A program made the translations under genes and the position numbers. This document shows, piece after piece, positions 1 to 9,995 of a stretch of DNA of 64,000 nt. Source of the stretch: Alphaproteobacteria bacterium (GTDB taxonomy: Bacteria; Pseudomonadota; Alphaproteobacteria; MPNO01); the NCBI GenBank assembly GCA_964291675.2, contig OZ219866.1, positions 32,001 through 96,000 of the forward strand, given 5' to 3'. The notes beneath the pieces were generated by a model. It did not search any database and was not told the DNA's origin. It was given only the letters and a program-made list of their open reading frames with translations. Each line of letters starts with the position of its first letter. The stretch's first letter is position 1.

Positions 1-258
1 TTCCCGCTTCGAGAGGGATTTCTGGAACTACTTCCGCCAAGATCCGGGTTGGAGGAGTCGCGAGCCATTGGCCATCACTCAGGCATGACCGCCTGAGTTG
101 CCCCGACCGCCGAATGCGCCCGGAGCCATCAGTCCGAGAAGCCGCTTCCGATCTAGAAGCGCCTCAACCGAGACTTGAAGTACCGGAGGATCGCGTTCTC
201 CGGCTATCCGACAGCCTCAAAGCCGACATGGACACGCCGCCGGACGTTTCTCACGCAG

Positions 259-439
259 TGTGATCTATGGCACTCCTTCGTCTCGTGGCCGCTCGCGCCC
301 GGCGAAGGACTGCCGATCATCGGCCGGCTGCTCGGTCACATAAGGTGGAGCCACCGCGCTCTATACGCATCTCGCCCGCCACTCCCTGAGCTAATCTACC
401 CAGCGCACCGCCTTGAACATCGCGGCCGACATTCTTTAA
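259..439 (+). pseudogene. Degenerate C-terminal remnant of a tyrosine recombinase/integrase
   Basis: DLWHSFVSWPLAPGEGLPIIGRLLGH matches integrase box II (HDLRHSFAS..GE.LP.IG.LLGH) with the catalytic Arg replaced by W. A frameshifted tail ends NIAADIL-stop. Confidence 0.7.
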
Positions 440-572
440 GCCTCTACTGTGCAGAACCGCGACCACTGGGCATGTACGAAGTCACGGTGCAATCTGCGTA
501 ATCACGCACGCGCTTTGGAGTTTACCGCAACCATTTACGGCGCGCCCCTTCCCCATCTCAGCGGCATCCGGA

Positions 573-2207
573 CTACCGGATACGAAACCGATTCCGCAAC
601 GCCAGCAACAACAAGAATAGCAGCGCCGTGGACCCGACCGTCTGCACAACTCCGAGAAATGATATTGCACTTGGCACCAATGCCACGCATCCATCGCCAA
701 TACCATAAAGACTGGAATGAAATGACGGAATCCTGTCACCCAAACCGGAGAATGCTGGCAAACTTCGGTGGGTGGATAGTGCAAGCGCGGCTATCCAGGG
801 CTCAACAAACTCAGACCCGGAGCACCTCCTCGACATGTCCATGCCATCCACATCAGGGCGGATCGTCAGATAGAGTGCCCAAAATGCAAGCAACCAGATC
901 AGCCAGCACACAAGCGGACGAAATACCGACCGCCCAAAATCTGAAAGCAACTGATAGAGTACACCGAACCAGAAGAACGCATGCCAGGGTTTATCTGTAA
1001 TCCAGCGTGAGGTCAGCATCTCCTCTCGAAAAAAAAACAGCTCACGCTGATGATCGTGACCTTGGGTTGCAAGCCGCTTCAAGGTTCGCCAGCGTACTCC
1101 CAGTTCTCTCCTTTGTTGTTTCAGCTCCTGCCATTTTTCTCCGGCATCTGCATTGGAATTTCTTTTGAATGCGTTCGAGAGCGCAGCACGGAACAGCCCG
1201 TTCTCATTCCGTGCCTGAATTTCAAAATTGTCCAAACGAGGAGCTTCCACAAAGGTCGCCTGGTCAAAGTTCGGCACGTCCGAAAAGGAGGCATTGGCCA
1301 TGGTGAAGGCTGATCGTGCCTCAACTGCCTGAAAGCTCACACGACCTCGATACTTTGTATGGTCGAATATCGCATATCTCCCAAAGCGCGCAGCAGAGAA
1401 CGCTGCGTCCCCCTCGAAGGTGCAATATTCAAACCGAGCTCCACCTTTGAAGAAGGCATTGTTGAACCGGGCCATTTGCTGAAATACCACCCTTGCGAAC
1501 CAAGCCTCGCCATCGAAGATTGCACTTTCGAACCGAACCGCACCGCTGAACGACCCAAAACTTGCGTCACCTCCAAAATGGGCATGCATGAAGAAGCTCT
1601 GATCTTCAAGTCTTGCTTCACGATAGTGGACATTTCCCTTGAAATAGGCATTCTCAAACGTAACGCCATCCTTGAACGATGCATCAAAGTATGAGTCAAT
1701 TCCCTTGCATGAAATGGAATGGAACATGGCATAGTTGTGGAAAGTCGATTCTTGAAAAAACACAATTCCCCGGAATGATGACTTGCTAAAATTGGTTGTT
1801 CCTTTGTGGTCTGTTTTCCTGAAGTCTGCGGTGCTTCGAAATGTCGACTTTCCAAAGTGTGCATCACCTTCAAAACTAGCTTCTTCAAACCACGTATCCT
1901 GACCAAAATCAGTCCCAATAAAACATATCTCGTTCTTGAACACCGCCTGCTTGAACTTGGCCTCTGCCTCGAATTTAGTATCAATAAACCATGAGTTTCC
2001 TGAAAAAACTGTACCGGAGAAATTGGCAGGACCAGGAAACGTAAATCCCGAGAACTCAGCGTTTCCGAACACATGGAAAGAAAAATCGACGCTTGCCTCT
2101 TTCTTCCACTCATCACTATCCTTCTGCCGTGCAAGAAGGTCCGTGGCCCAAGCGTTCCACGAATCCCTTCCTTGACGGTACAATGCCAGCGATTGGTCCT
2201 TGTTCAT
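573..2207 (-). CDS. Pentapeptide-repeat protein with C-terminal membrane helices
   Basis: Many A.F..A.F.G.A.F repeats over ~300 aa, then hydrophobic helices (SDFGRSVFRPLVCWLIW..., LLFLLLLALRNRFR). Confidence 0.85.
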   Translation of the reverse strand: MNKDQSLALYRQGRDSWNAWATDLLARQKDSDEWKKEASVDFSFHVFGNAEFSGFTFPGPANFSGTVFSGNSWFIDTKFEAEAKFKQAVFKNEICFIGTDFGQDTWFEEASFEGDAHFGKSTFRSTADFRKTDHKGTTNFSKSSFRGIVFFQESTFHNYAMFHSISCKGIDSYFDASFKDGVTFENAYFKGNVHYREARLEDQSFFMHAHFGGDASFGSFSGAVRFESAIFDGEAWFARVVFQQMARFNNAFFKGGARFEYCTFEGDAAFSAARFGRYAIFDHTKYRGRVSFQAVEARSAFTMANASFSDVPNFDQATFVEAPRLDNFEIQARNENGLFRAALSNAFKRNSNADAGEKWQELKQQRRELGVRWRTLKRLATQGHDHQRELFFFREEMLTSRWITDKPWHAFFWFGVLYQLLSDFGRSVFRPLVCWLIWLLAFWALYLTIRPDVDGMDMSRRCSGSEFVEPWIAALALSTHRSLPAFSGLGDRIPSFHSSLYGIGDGCVALVPSAISFLGVVQTVGSTALLFLLLLALRNRFRIR

Positions 2208-2304
2208 ACGCTCAACTCTGCGGCAACTTCATCGTCAAGGGCTTGTAGGGATTGGTCTTGGCCTCAATGACTCTTGTCTCTGAGATTTACCAAGCTGCGA
2301 CTTT

Positions 2305-2810
2305 CTATTCATCCCTAACGGTTGCGACAAGGCTTCATGATCCGGGATCCCAGTGTCCCACCCGTAGGCCGCAGCGTCGAGCGTTACATGCGCGTCGGCG
2401 AGCCATTGGGGGCGGGCATTGTAGAGATTCGTCAACGTGCCGGCCTTGAGTTCCTTAGTTGTCCTCTCGTCGCGGCGACGGGGCGCTTGGAGTAGCCCGG
2501 TACCGGCTCGTCCACCCACACCACCCATTCGGGCGGGTTGGGCCAGCGGTCGCGCACTTCGACCAGCCGCCGCGCGGCGTTGGCGACGGCGCGGGGATCG
2601 CCGGCGTAGTCGGCCGCCGGGATAGTGGGGGAGACGCCGTCCGGGAAGGGGAAGGTCTCGAAGGTCGTGGTCCGCGTGTAGCGCGGATCGTTGCCCTTGC
2701 CGAGCCACGTCCCCAGCCGCAGCGACCATGCCTCGTGAAACCGGCTGTGGAGTATGCCGAAGGTGGTGTCGTCGTCGCGCGCTACGACGATGAGCTGATG
2801 GTCCGGACAG
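2305..2810 (-). pseudogene. C-terminal fragment of an MmeI-like (type IIL/IIG) restriction-modification methyltransferase
   Basis: Two frames give ARDDDTTFGILHSRFHEAW..GNDPRYT.TTTFETFPFP..NPPEWV and TLTNLYNARPQWLADAH..LDAAAYGW, the conserved C-terminus of this family. It is frameshifted and lacks the N-terminus. Confidence 0.8.
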
Positions 2811-2843
2811 ATCCGCCAGGGTCTCGATGCCGTCGGGACGGAC

Positions 2844-3668
2844 TTGCGAGCGGCCATTCCCGATATTGGGGTGCAGGCGACGGATCCATCCGCGACGGAT
2901 GCGCTGCAGCTGACCCTGGCGCTGGACGGATGTCGCATCAAGATCGAGGTCTCTCCGGTCTCGCGCGGCACGGTGTGGCCCACCGAGATGCGGGAGGTTG
3001 TCGCGACGGTCGAAGAGAGCCTCGGCTACTCCGAGAACCGGTTCCTGTCGTTCAACGATGTCTATGCAGGCGCGTCCCGCTCCGTCCTCGCCATGACCCA
3101 CGGTCTTCACGACTTCAGTGATCTTTCTCCGACCCGGGAACGCAAACAACTCGAAAACGACCTGCGCAGTCAATATGACGAGTATTTCAACGAGGATCGG
3201 GGCGAGTGGGATGCCGACCCCGTCTACACGGCGGAGGAAGCAAATCGGGAAGCCAACCCTCACCATCGCTACCGACTTTTCACCTTCAGTAATTTCCTTA
3301 CCACCCTCGACATGGTCTCAAAATTTCAGGACACCATCGAAGAAATCCTCGCTGACGCCCATGCGGGGTCGGTCCTCCTCATGATTGGCGCCACGGGCGG
3401 TTGCTACCCAACGATCCGAGAGCGTGTTGCCAAGTTGGCGGAGGTCGGTCGTTTTCGACATCACCACGGCATCTCCGCCCAGGCAGGCGCAGATGAGACG
3501 TTCGAGCAACGGTTACGCGAAGAAATCCGCTCTTTCTACCACCGTCTCAAGCGATTGGCAGTCGACTTGCCCGCAAATGGACCAGTTGGCGCCAAGCTCC
3601 AAAGCGAACTGGAAAACCATCGTCCGATGACGTTCAATAGCAGCACAGTCCTTGCATTTCGGAAGTGA
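2844..3668 (+). pseudogene. Chimeric ORF: internal AbiEii nucleotidyltransferase fragment fused in frame to an unrelated C-terminal fragment
   Basis: IKIEVSPVSRGTVWP.EMREV..VEE.LG....LSFNDVYAG resembles AbiEii up to ~3070, then the sequence changes abruptly. There is no credible start. Confidence 0.6.
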
Positions 3669-3789
3669 TTCGGATTGCAGTTCATCGAATCGGCACGGCC
3701 CAATCCAAATGCGCTCCTTTCTCTGTCCAACCACATCGTGTCGTGATACACTGTCGGACGATCCATCCTATTGACCGACGATTACTCAC

Positions 3790-4416
3790 ATGACGCCCGC
3801 GCTCACGACGTCTCAGAAAGATCGGGCTGTCGCCCTTCTCAAGGTCCACGGCCCCATGCGTGGCATCGAGCTCAGCGACGCCGGCATCCACCCGGAAACC
3901 CTCGCGCGCATGCTCAAGGACCAGACCCTCACCCGCGTCACCCGCGGCCTCTACCAGCTCGCCGATGCCGAAGTGACGGCACCCCACAACCTCGCCGAGG
4001 TTGCGAAGCTGGTACCCCAAGGCGTTATCTGCCTCGTCTCCGCCCTTCAGTTCCACGAACTCACGCTCCAGATGCCCGGCCGGGTCTGGCTTGCCATAGC
4101 TTCAAGAGCGCGAAAGCCGAAGTTCCACTATCCCCCGACCCGAGTCGTGCGGTTTGGCCCGCGGGCCCTTTCCCTCGGCGTGCAGACTCACACCGTCGAC
4201 GGCGTGTCCGTGCCCATTTTCGATCCAGCCAAGACGGTCGTCGATTGTTTTCGGTTCAGACAGCACGTTGGTCTCGATGTCGCGCTCGAAGGTCTCCACA
4301 ACGTCGTGAGGTCCGGTAAGGCCAAACCGGCGCAGATCGTTGACTACGCCCGCGATATCCGCATCTGGTCCGTCCTCCGGCCCTATCTGGAAACGGTGGT
4401 CGCCGATGGCGCGTGA
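3790..4416 (+). CDS. abiEi: Type IV TA antitoxin, AbiEi family transcriptional regulator
   Basis: N-terminal wHTH (RVTRGLYQL), GVICLVSALQFHELT and PAKTVVDCFRFR motifs. Overlaps the start of the toxin gene. Confidence 0.9.
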   Translation: MTPALTTSQKDRAVALLKVHGPMRGIELSDAGIHPETLARMLKDQTLTRVTRGLYQLADAEVTAPHNLAEVAKLVPQGVICLVSALQFHELTLQMPGRVWLAIASRARKPKFHYPPTRVVRFGPRALSLGVQTHTVDGVSVPIFDPAKTVVDCFRFRQHVGLDVALEGLHNVVRSGKAKPAQIVDYARDIRIWSVLRPYLETVVADGA

Positions 4417-5329
4417 ACCGAAAAATGTCGCAGCGTCAGTACGCGCGCAGCTGCAAAACCTCGCCAGGGAGCAACAGGCCAATTTCCAGCGCGTGCTTAC
4501 CCGATACGCTCTCGAAAGGTTTCTCTTCCGACTCAGCGTCTCGCCTCACAAGGAGCTCTTCGTCCTCAAGGGCGCCATGCTCTACGCCGCATGGCTCGAA
4601 GATCCGTTCCGCACGACCCGCGACCTCGACCTGCTCTCCCTCGTCGACCGCGAGACGACGCCCCTCCTTGAGACAATTCGCGACGTCTGCGCTCAGCCAG
4701 TCGCGGACGACGGATTGCGCTTCGATACCGAGAACATCTTCGCAGCGCCGTTTGACGAGGAACGCACCCATGGCGCCTTTCGGGTCCGCACCTCGGCCCA
4801 ACTCGGAACCGCCATTGCCCCGGTCCAAATCGATGTCGGTTTCGGAGACACCGTCACCCCTGGCCCTCTGGAGCTCGAGTATCCCGTCCTTCTCGATCAG
4901 CCGACGCCCACCCTCTACGCGTACCCACGAGAAACCGTGGCCGCCGAGAAGTTCGAAGCCATCGTTGCACTCGACCTCGCGAACAGCCGCATGAAGGACT
5001 TCTACGACGTTCTCGCGATGTCGCGGCTCTTCTCGTTCGATGGAATGACCCTCGCCGCCGCGATTCGGGCTACCTTTGAAACGCGTGGGACCACCATTCC
5101 ACACGAACGCCCTCCGCCCCTCACGCACGCATTCTCGGACGACCCCCAAAAGCTCCGGCAATGGCGATCGTTTCTCACCCGAGACCCGCTGTTGATCGAC
5201 GAACCTGACCTGCGCACCGTCATTCGTGAAGTCGGGGACTTCATCATGCCGGCAGCCCTCGCGGCCCTCGATGATCGCCACATCGCTGGACAGTGGACGT
5301 CCGACAGCGGTTGGGGGCTGGCCACATGA
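4406..5329 (+). CDS. abiEii: Type IV TA toxin, AbiEii nucleotidyltransferase
   Basis: FVLKGA, RTTRDLDL, QIDVGFGD, AEKFEA and NSRMKDFYD motifs. ATG at 4406 overlaps the abiEi end. Confidence 0.9.
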   Translation: MAREPKNVAASVRAQLQNLAREQQANFQRVLTRYALERFLFRLSVSPHKELFVLKGAMLYAAWLEDPFRTTRDLDLLSLVDRETTPLLETIRDVCAQPVADDGLRFDTENIFAAPFDEERTHGAFRVRTSAQLGTAIAPVQIDVGFGDTVTPGPLELEYPVLLDQPTPTLYAYPRETVAAEKFEAIVALDLANSRMKDFYDVLAMSRLFSFDGMTLAAAIRATFETRGTTIPHERPPPLTHAFSDDPQKLRQWRSFLTRDPLLIDEPDLRTVIREVGDFIMPAALAALDDRHIAGQWTSDSGWGLAT

Positions 5330-5480
5330 CCGCGCCGAATTGGGATGCCATTTTCATCAGCCGCACCAACCCGGAGGATAACGCATTTGCCTTCTGGCTC
5401 GGGGCGCGCTTGATGGCGGCCGGGTACGAGCTCCAGGCAGGCGTGCTCAAACAACGCGGCGGCCAAGCCTGGCAATGCTT
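5326..5480 (+). pseudogene. Truncated TIR-domain gene remnant
   Basis: ATGA overlap with the abiEii stop. DAIFISRTNPEDNAFAFWLGARLMAAGYE...RGGQAW matches the TIR_2 N-terminus (FISHA.PED..F..WL..L...GY), then similarity is lost. Confidence 0.65.
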
Positions 5481-5573
5481 GCTAGGGGCGCGGCCACTCC
5501 AGTACTCCGCTCAGCAAACGGAATGGGCGAGAAGCCGCTTGCCGATCCCTTCCTCCAGGAAACGACCTCACGA

Positions 5574-7772
5574 TCAATTCTCCTCCTCCCCTCTACTGCC
5601 GCGATCATCTGCTTCACAAAATCGTCTAGCACCGACTAGCACCGCGTCTATCCGCCGACGCTCGTCCTCCGTCAGCTTCGGATCATTACAATGCTTCATC
5701 CCTGCATCAACAAGATCATCAAGCTGATACCACCTCGCGTCAGGCCGCTCCTCCATAGAATAGTGCCGCCCGGTTTCGTCAACGCTATAAGCCACTAGTC
5801 CCTTACACACCTTTGCCATAAACGTTGCGTTGTCCGCCATACCCTCTGTTAGCCAAGTCTTCGCCGCTTCGCAATCCGATAAGTGACTCCAGCATCTAAC
5901 GATGTTGTAGTAAAATGGAGCGTCCGCGAGAGTATTTTCCTTGTAACCCGCATCAATTCTTTTCATGAGCAGCTGACCAATTGCTTCGAAGTCCTCTTTT
6001 GAAATACACGCTTCATCTCGCGGTGGGTTGCCAAAAACACCAAGTTCCTCGCCCCGCGACACGTAGATGTCAGCGAGGAAGCTGGGCGATCCCTCCCTCT
6101 CAAATGCTTCAATCAAAAACTGACCTGATTTTCTAATTCCCCATTGCTTCAAAATATCGTAAATCAGAAATCCGATCATCGATCGCGGCGGCAACTCCAT
6201 CATGCTGAACACTTGATCAACAGATATTACCTCTTCGCCAACGCGAAACAACGCATACAGTATTGCTGACGTCCCCCGCATTGGGCTCCTTCCGGAGTAC
6301 TGCACTCGCAGCTCGTGAAGCACCTTTGAGATCATCGGCACTCCACGGCTGTCAGACATCACCAGATACCCTCGGAGTATCTTTTCGATGTCCTCGACAT
6401 TGGCCTCCGGGGACACCAAATCGCCGATATCTGCCAACCTAACCGCATCCGCTGATGGGTGCAGACCAAAATAACTGTCGTAGCCGGCCTCGCAACCGAT
6501 GCCTCTTCTTCTCTCCACCTCGTCATAGGCGTCTGCCCCGAACGACGCATCGCTGTCAGACCACTTTGCCAATTGCGGGAATAGGACCGTGATCACCCCT
6601 AGCACTTGCGAATATTCTCCTTCTGGAACTCTTCGCTTCAGATCTTCGACGACTTGTTCCCTCACACCATCGTCAGCGAGCTGAAAACGGCCTTCGTTGA
6701 ATAGGAAGTTTCGATTGTCACGAAGCCACGAAAACGCTTCCGCGTCAAACAATCGCACTCCCTCCATCCCAAGCATATCTTGCGGATCAATCTCATTGCA
6801 CAGTGCCGGCCACGCAAATTTGACTGCGTTCGATAACCGTACGACGTCACGAGGTGACTTCACCCATCGATGCACACCGTCCCGTAACAACAACTGCCAA
6901 CGAAACGAATTTTCTGTTTGGCGCACCAAAAACGCTGTTTCTCGATCAAGCATTCTCAGCAGTGTATTCTTCGGCGGTTGAGGCAGTTCCAATTCCTGTT
7001 GAATTATCTTTTCACCAAACGACGGTCCCGTACCGGCAGCATCGCTGTCCAGAACGTTCCACACAATCTTGCGGTCATAGGATAGCAAGTAAATTACGTT
7101 GGGAAGTTGGCCAATGCTCTTTACCATTTTGAAAATTAGCTTTACTTCAGCGTCCTCTAACCGATCAATATCGTCAATGGTGACAAGAAATCGTTTGTCG
7201 CTATTTCTTAGTAATTCCCTTAAGTTTTCGTAGGCCTTTTGCAAAGAGGGCTCTTCCACGAAACGGTCAATCACGGAACCAAGAGATTTCTTGGCAACGC
7301 GTCCAGCGACGCGGGACATCACTCCTGCGCTGGGATCTATCGTGATTGCAACAGTCGCCGCGGCGTCTACCAACCCGTTAGAAGCATCTGACACAGCGTT
7401 ACGATTTCGCTCAAGCCATCTTCGGCTTCTAGATTTCTTTGGCCCAAGATATTCTGACAACACCTTAAAGAATGCCGCAATCAGATCATGATGTCCTGTT
7501 ACAAGCCAAGGTCGGAAATCAATATGTACAAGCGGGCTTTCACCGCTTTCTTTGTTGAATCTGTGAATGTACTCTATCACGAAGTTTAGAATTGTAGATT
7601 TGCCAGCGCCCCATGCACCGTGAATACCGATGACGTAGCCATTTGGTGCCTCTAGGGCAACGACTGTTCTTGCAATGCTCTCGGCGAACTGTGCATAGCC
7701 AAGTCGATCATCTTCAGGCATTAGCTTTGGTGCATCATCGCCCAATATAAAATTGAATTCCGTGTTCGTCAT
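5574..7772 (-). CDS. KAP-family P-loop NTPase
   Basis: Walker A GAWGAGKS, F.PW, Walker B LVTIDDIDR, EKIIQ and SPRDV motifs. Confidence 0.9.
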   Translation of the reverse strand: MTNTEFNFILGDDAPKLMPEDDRLGYAQFAESIARTVVALEAPNGYVIGIHGAWGAGKSTILNFVIEYIHRFNKESGESPLVHIDFRPWLVTGHHDLIAAFFKVLSEYLGPKKSRSRRWLERNRNAVSDASNGLVDAAATVAITIDPSAGVMSRVAGRVAKKSLGSVIDRFVEEPSLQKAYENLRELLRNSDKRFLVTIDDIDRLEDAEVKLIFKMVKSIGQLPNVIYLLSYDRKIVWNVLDSDAAGTGPSFGEKIIQQELELPQPPKNTLLRMLDRETAFLVRQTENSFRWQLLLRDGVHRWVKSPRDVVRLSNAVKFAWPALCNEIDPQDMLGMEGVRLFDAEAFSWLRDNRNFLFNEGRFQLADDGVREQVVEDLKRRVPEGEYSQVLGVITVLFPQLAKWSDSDASFGADAYDEVERRRGIGCEAGYDSYFGLHPSADAVRLADIGDLVSPEANVEDIEKILRGYLVMSDSRGVPMISKVLHELRVQYSGRSPMRGTSAILYALFRVGEEVISVDQVFSMMELPPRSMIGFLIYDILKQWGIRKSGQFLIEAFEREGSPSFLADIYVSRGEELGVFGNPPRDEACISKEDFEAIGQLLMKRIDAGYKENTLADAPFYYNIVRCWSHLSDCEAAKTWLTEGMADNATFMAKVCKGLVAYSVDETGRHYSMEERPDARWYQLDDLVDAGMKHCNDPKLTEDERRRIDAVLVGARRFCEADDRGSRGEEEN

Positions 7773-8206
7773 TGTGACATGTCTACCTGATCGTCCCTAT
7801 GTATTGATCCAACTTCATAGTTCGTGCATCTCACAGCGGAATACCACCGGAAGTCTGTTGAGTGCCCAATCTCGGGTATGCGTCGCTCAAAGTCCTTGGT
7901 CCCCTTATTCAGCGATTGTCATCACATAGGAATCCGCCGATTTCAACCCAACGTCTCTTGTCACCGTTCCCCGCGTTCCTTCGGCCCGAAAGGAGAGCCA
8001 AGGGATCTTACAAGTACCACGAAATTTATCCCTTCGGGAATTCAAACCTCGCGAACTTTAGAAGCGGCGCTACGTAGAATCGTCGGGCTGGAGCGAAACT
8101 CAGCTCTGTCGTAGTGAATCTTCACCCGCGCGTCGGACAGGAAGAGCTGGAGAATGACATCGGCGAGCGGCGGTGAGACGGCGGTACTTGTGTTCGGGTC
8201 CATTCC

Positions 8207-8779
8207 TCAAGGAATGGATATTCCAAGCCTCGTGAGCGTCGCGATGTCCATGCGCCCGGTTTGCGGAATCCCCTCGGATCGCTGAAAGGCCTTCAGCGCG
8301 GCGCGAGTCTTGGGCCCCAGCAGGCCATCGATATCCCCGTTGTAGAGGCCTCGACGCATCAGGGCCGCCTGAACCCGGACCACCATTGTCGACACGTCCT
8401 GCGGGGTCGCTTTGGGAATCGTCCGCTCGATCCGCGGCGCAGCCTTGGGAATCACCGACGGGGCCGGGCTCGACGGCGGTGACTGATATTGCGGTTGTGG
8501 CGCCGGCGCGGAAGGGGCCTGTCGCACTCCGCCGCTGCTCGACCGGTGACTCCGGTGACTGCCGTGGGAACTATGGCTCCTGTGCGCCGCATACCGGTCC
8601 TCGGCCGTCGCATTCAGCGTATTCGGCAATAGGACCGGCGCCCTGTCGGGATTGCCAGACGCCTCCAAGTCTTCGCCAATTGCGGCGGCGGTATTGGCTC
8701 CCAACGCCGCCGTCGTCATGCCCCCAGCTGCCAGTGCTGGCCCACGCAGAAGCCGCCAAACCCTACCGCGCCATGTCAT
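8207..8779 (-). CDS. hxsA: His-Xaa-Ser repeat protein HxsA with C-terminal peptidoglycan-binding domain
   Basis: AAHRSHSSHGSHRSHRSS core, Pro-rich linker, VQAAL..GLYNGDIDGLLGPKTRAALKAFQ PG-binding domain. Lies downstream of hxsB/hxsC. Confidence 0.9.
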   Translation of the reverse strand: MTWRGRVWRLLRGPALAAGGMTTAALGANTAAAIGEDLEASGNPDRAPVLLPNTLNATAEDRYAAHRSHSSHGSHRSHRSSSGGVRQAPSAPAPQPQYQSPPSSPAPSVIPKAAPRIERTIPKATPQDVSTMVVRVQAALMRRGLYNGDIDGLLGPKTRAALKAFQRSEGIPQTGRMDIATLTRLGISIP

Positions 8780-8804
8780 GTATGTTGTCCCTCACCGTCT
8801 AGCC

Positions 8805-9992
8805 CTATCCGATCTGTCCCACGGTCTCCCTCACCGGCTTGATAGCACGGCTCATCCACTTGCCGTCTATCGACCGAAAGAACCCGCAACATTCGTCTCG
8901 CAGCATGCATCCGACACATTCCGGCAGATAGGTGTTCTTCCAGTCCGAGATGCTTTGTCTGGAATATGGCCGAAGTTCTACCGGCACCGTGCAAAGCGGA
9001 AAGTTGTACAAGGAAACGCTCATTCCCCGATTTGCGAGAAAGAATACCGCATCGCGCAGCGCGTCCATGCAGTCGACCGGATCGATCCATATCTTCTCGT
9101 AGTTGGCCCGCGCGAAACCGATCGGCTCCAGTCCCATGAACGCGACATGCCCTGCAAAGGTCAGGTTCCGGAATATGAAATACGCCAGTTCGCCGAGCCG
9201 TTCGACGTTGGGTCGCTGCACGACAACGCGGATTTCGATATCCGCCTCGTGCTTCGCCAGGTTGTGCAGCCCGGCCAGCGTCTCCTCCCAAGCGGTGTCG
9301 GCCTGGACGATGTAGTCGTGGATTTCCGGGCAGTCAGAGTAGAGCGGGATACCCCAAGTCAGGTTCGGGTGCCTGACAGCACAGGCCGTCCGGGCGAACG
9401 CCTCTTCGGCGAACCGCCTTCCGTTGGAGAGGATATGAAGGCCGGTGTCCGGTAGGAGGCGCCGAGCCCGATCCAGAACCACGAGCAGGTCGTCGCCAAG
9501 CAGGGTCGGCTCGCCGCCGCTGATGCCGAGCTGTGCCTCGTCCCGGTCCACCAGAGAAATCGTCTCCAGCATCTCGCCGACCAACCATCCGTCATCGACA
9601 TCACGCGGGGGCTGAGAGCACATGATGCAGAAGCTGTTGCACCGTTCCGTCGCGAGCAGAGTGTTGCTGTTAGACCCGCGCCGGTAGAGAACCGATACTC
9701 GGGAACTCCCCTCCACCAGACGAATGACGTCACCCGGCGCAACGACACCCGGCGTGCCGATCCGGTCGACTGCGATCCCGGCGGCCGAATCGCCTTCGAG
9801 AGCGCCGCCCGTCACGACGCCGGCCCAGGGCCCATCCACCTTCTCCGGCTCCTTGCCCTCCCGCCGATCGAGCCAGATCAGGCAACGTTCCGGGTCGATA
9901 TCGGATCGAACGGCTTCGTTCGCCGTGAGGACTTTCACGATCGCCCGGTCTTGCACACCTTGGACTCGGGCCCGGGTATGAAGAGGCAGCAT
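8805..9992 (-). CDS. hxsC: His-Xaa-Ser system radical SAM maturase HxsC
   Basis: TERCNSFCIMCSQPP (CxxxCxxC), ISGGEPTL, SISDWKN.Y..C..C....C.GFF C-terminal motif. Confidence 0.9.
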   Translation of the reverse strand: MLPLHTRARVQGVQDRAIVKVLTANEAVRSDIDPERCLIWLDRREGKEPEKVDGPWAGVVTGGALEGDSAAGIAVDRIGTPGVVAPGDVIRLVEGSSRVSVLYRRGSNSNTLLATERCNSFCIMCSQPPRDVDDGWLVGEMLETISLVDRDEAQLGISGGEPTLLGDDLLVVLDRARRLLPDTGLHILSNGRRFAEEAFARTACAVRHPNLTWGIPLYSDCPEIHDYIVQADTAWEETLAGLHNLAKHEADIEIRVVVQRPNVERLGELAYFIFRNLTFAGHVAFMGLEPIGFARANYEKIWIDPVDCMDALRDAVFFLANRGMSVSLYNFPLCTVPVELRPYSRQSISDWKNTYLPECVGCMLRDECCGFFRSIDGKWMSRAIKPVRETVGQIG

Positions 9993-9995
9993 GCC

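Noticed and set aside
1-450. Functional integrase, att site or tRNA marking an ICE boundary
   Set aside because: Only a degenerate fragment is present. No tRNA or direct repeat is recognisable, so plasmid versus ICE cannot be decided.
5574-7772. Qat defence system (QatA KAP ATPase)
   Set aside because: No QatB, QueC-like QatC or TatD-like QatD genes are adjacent.
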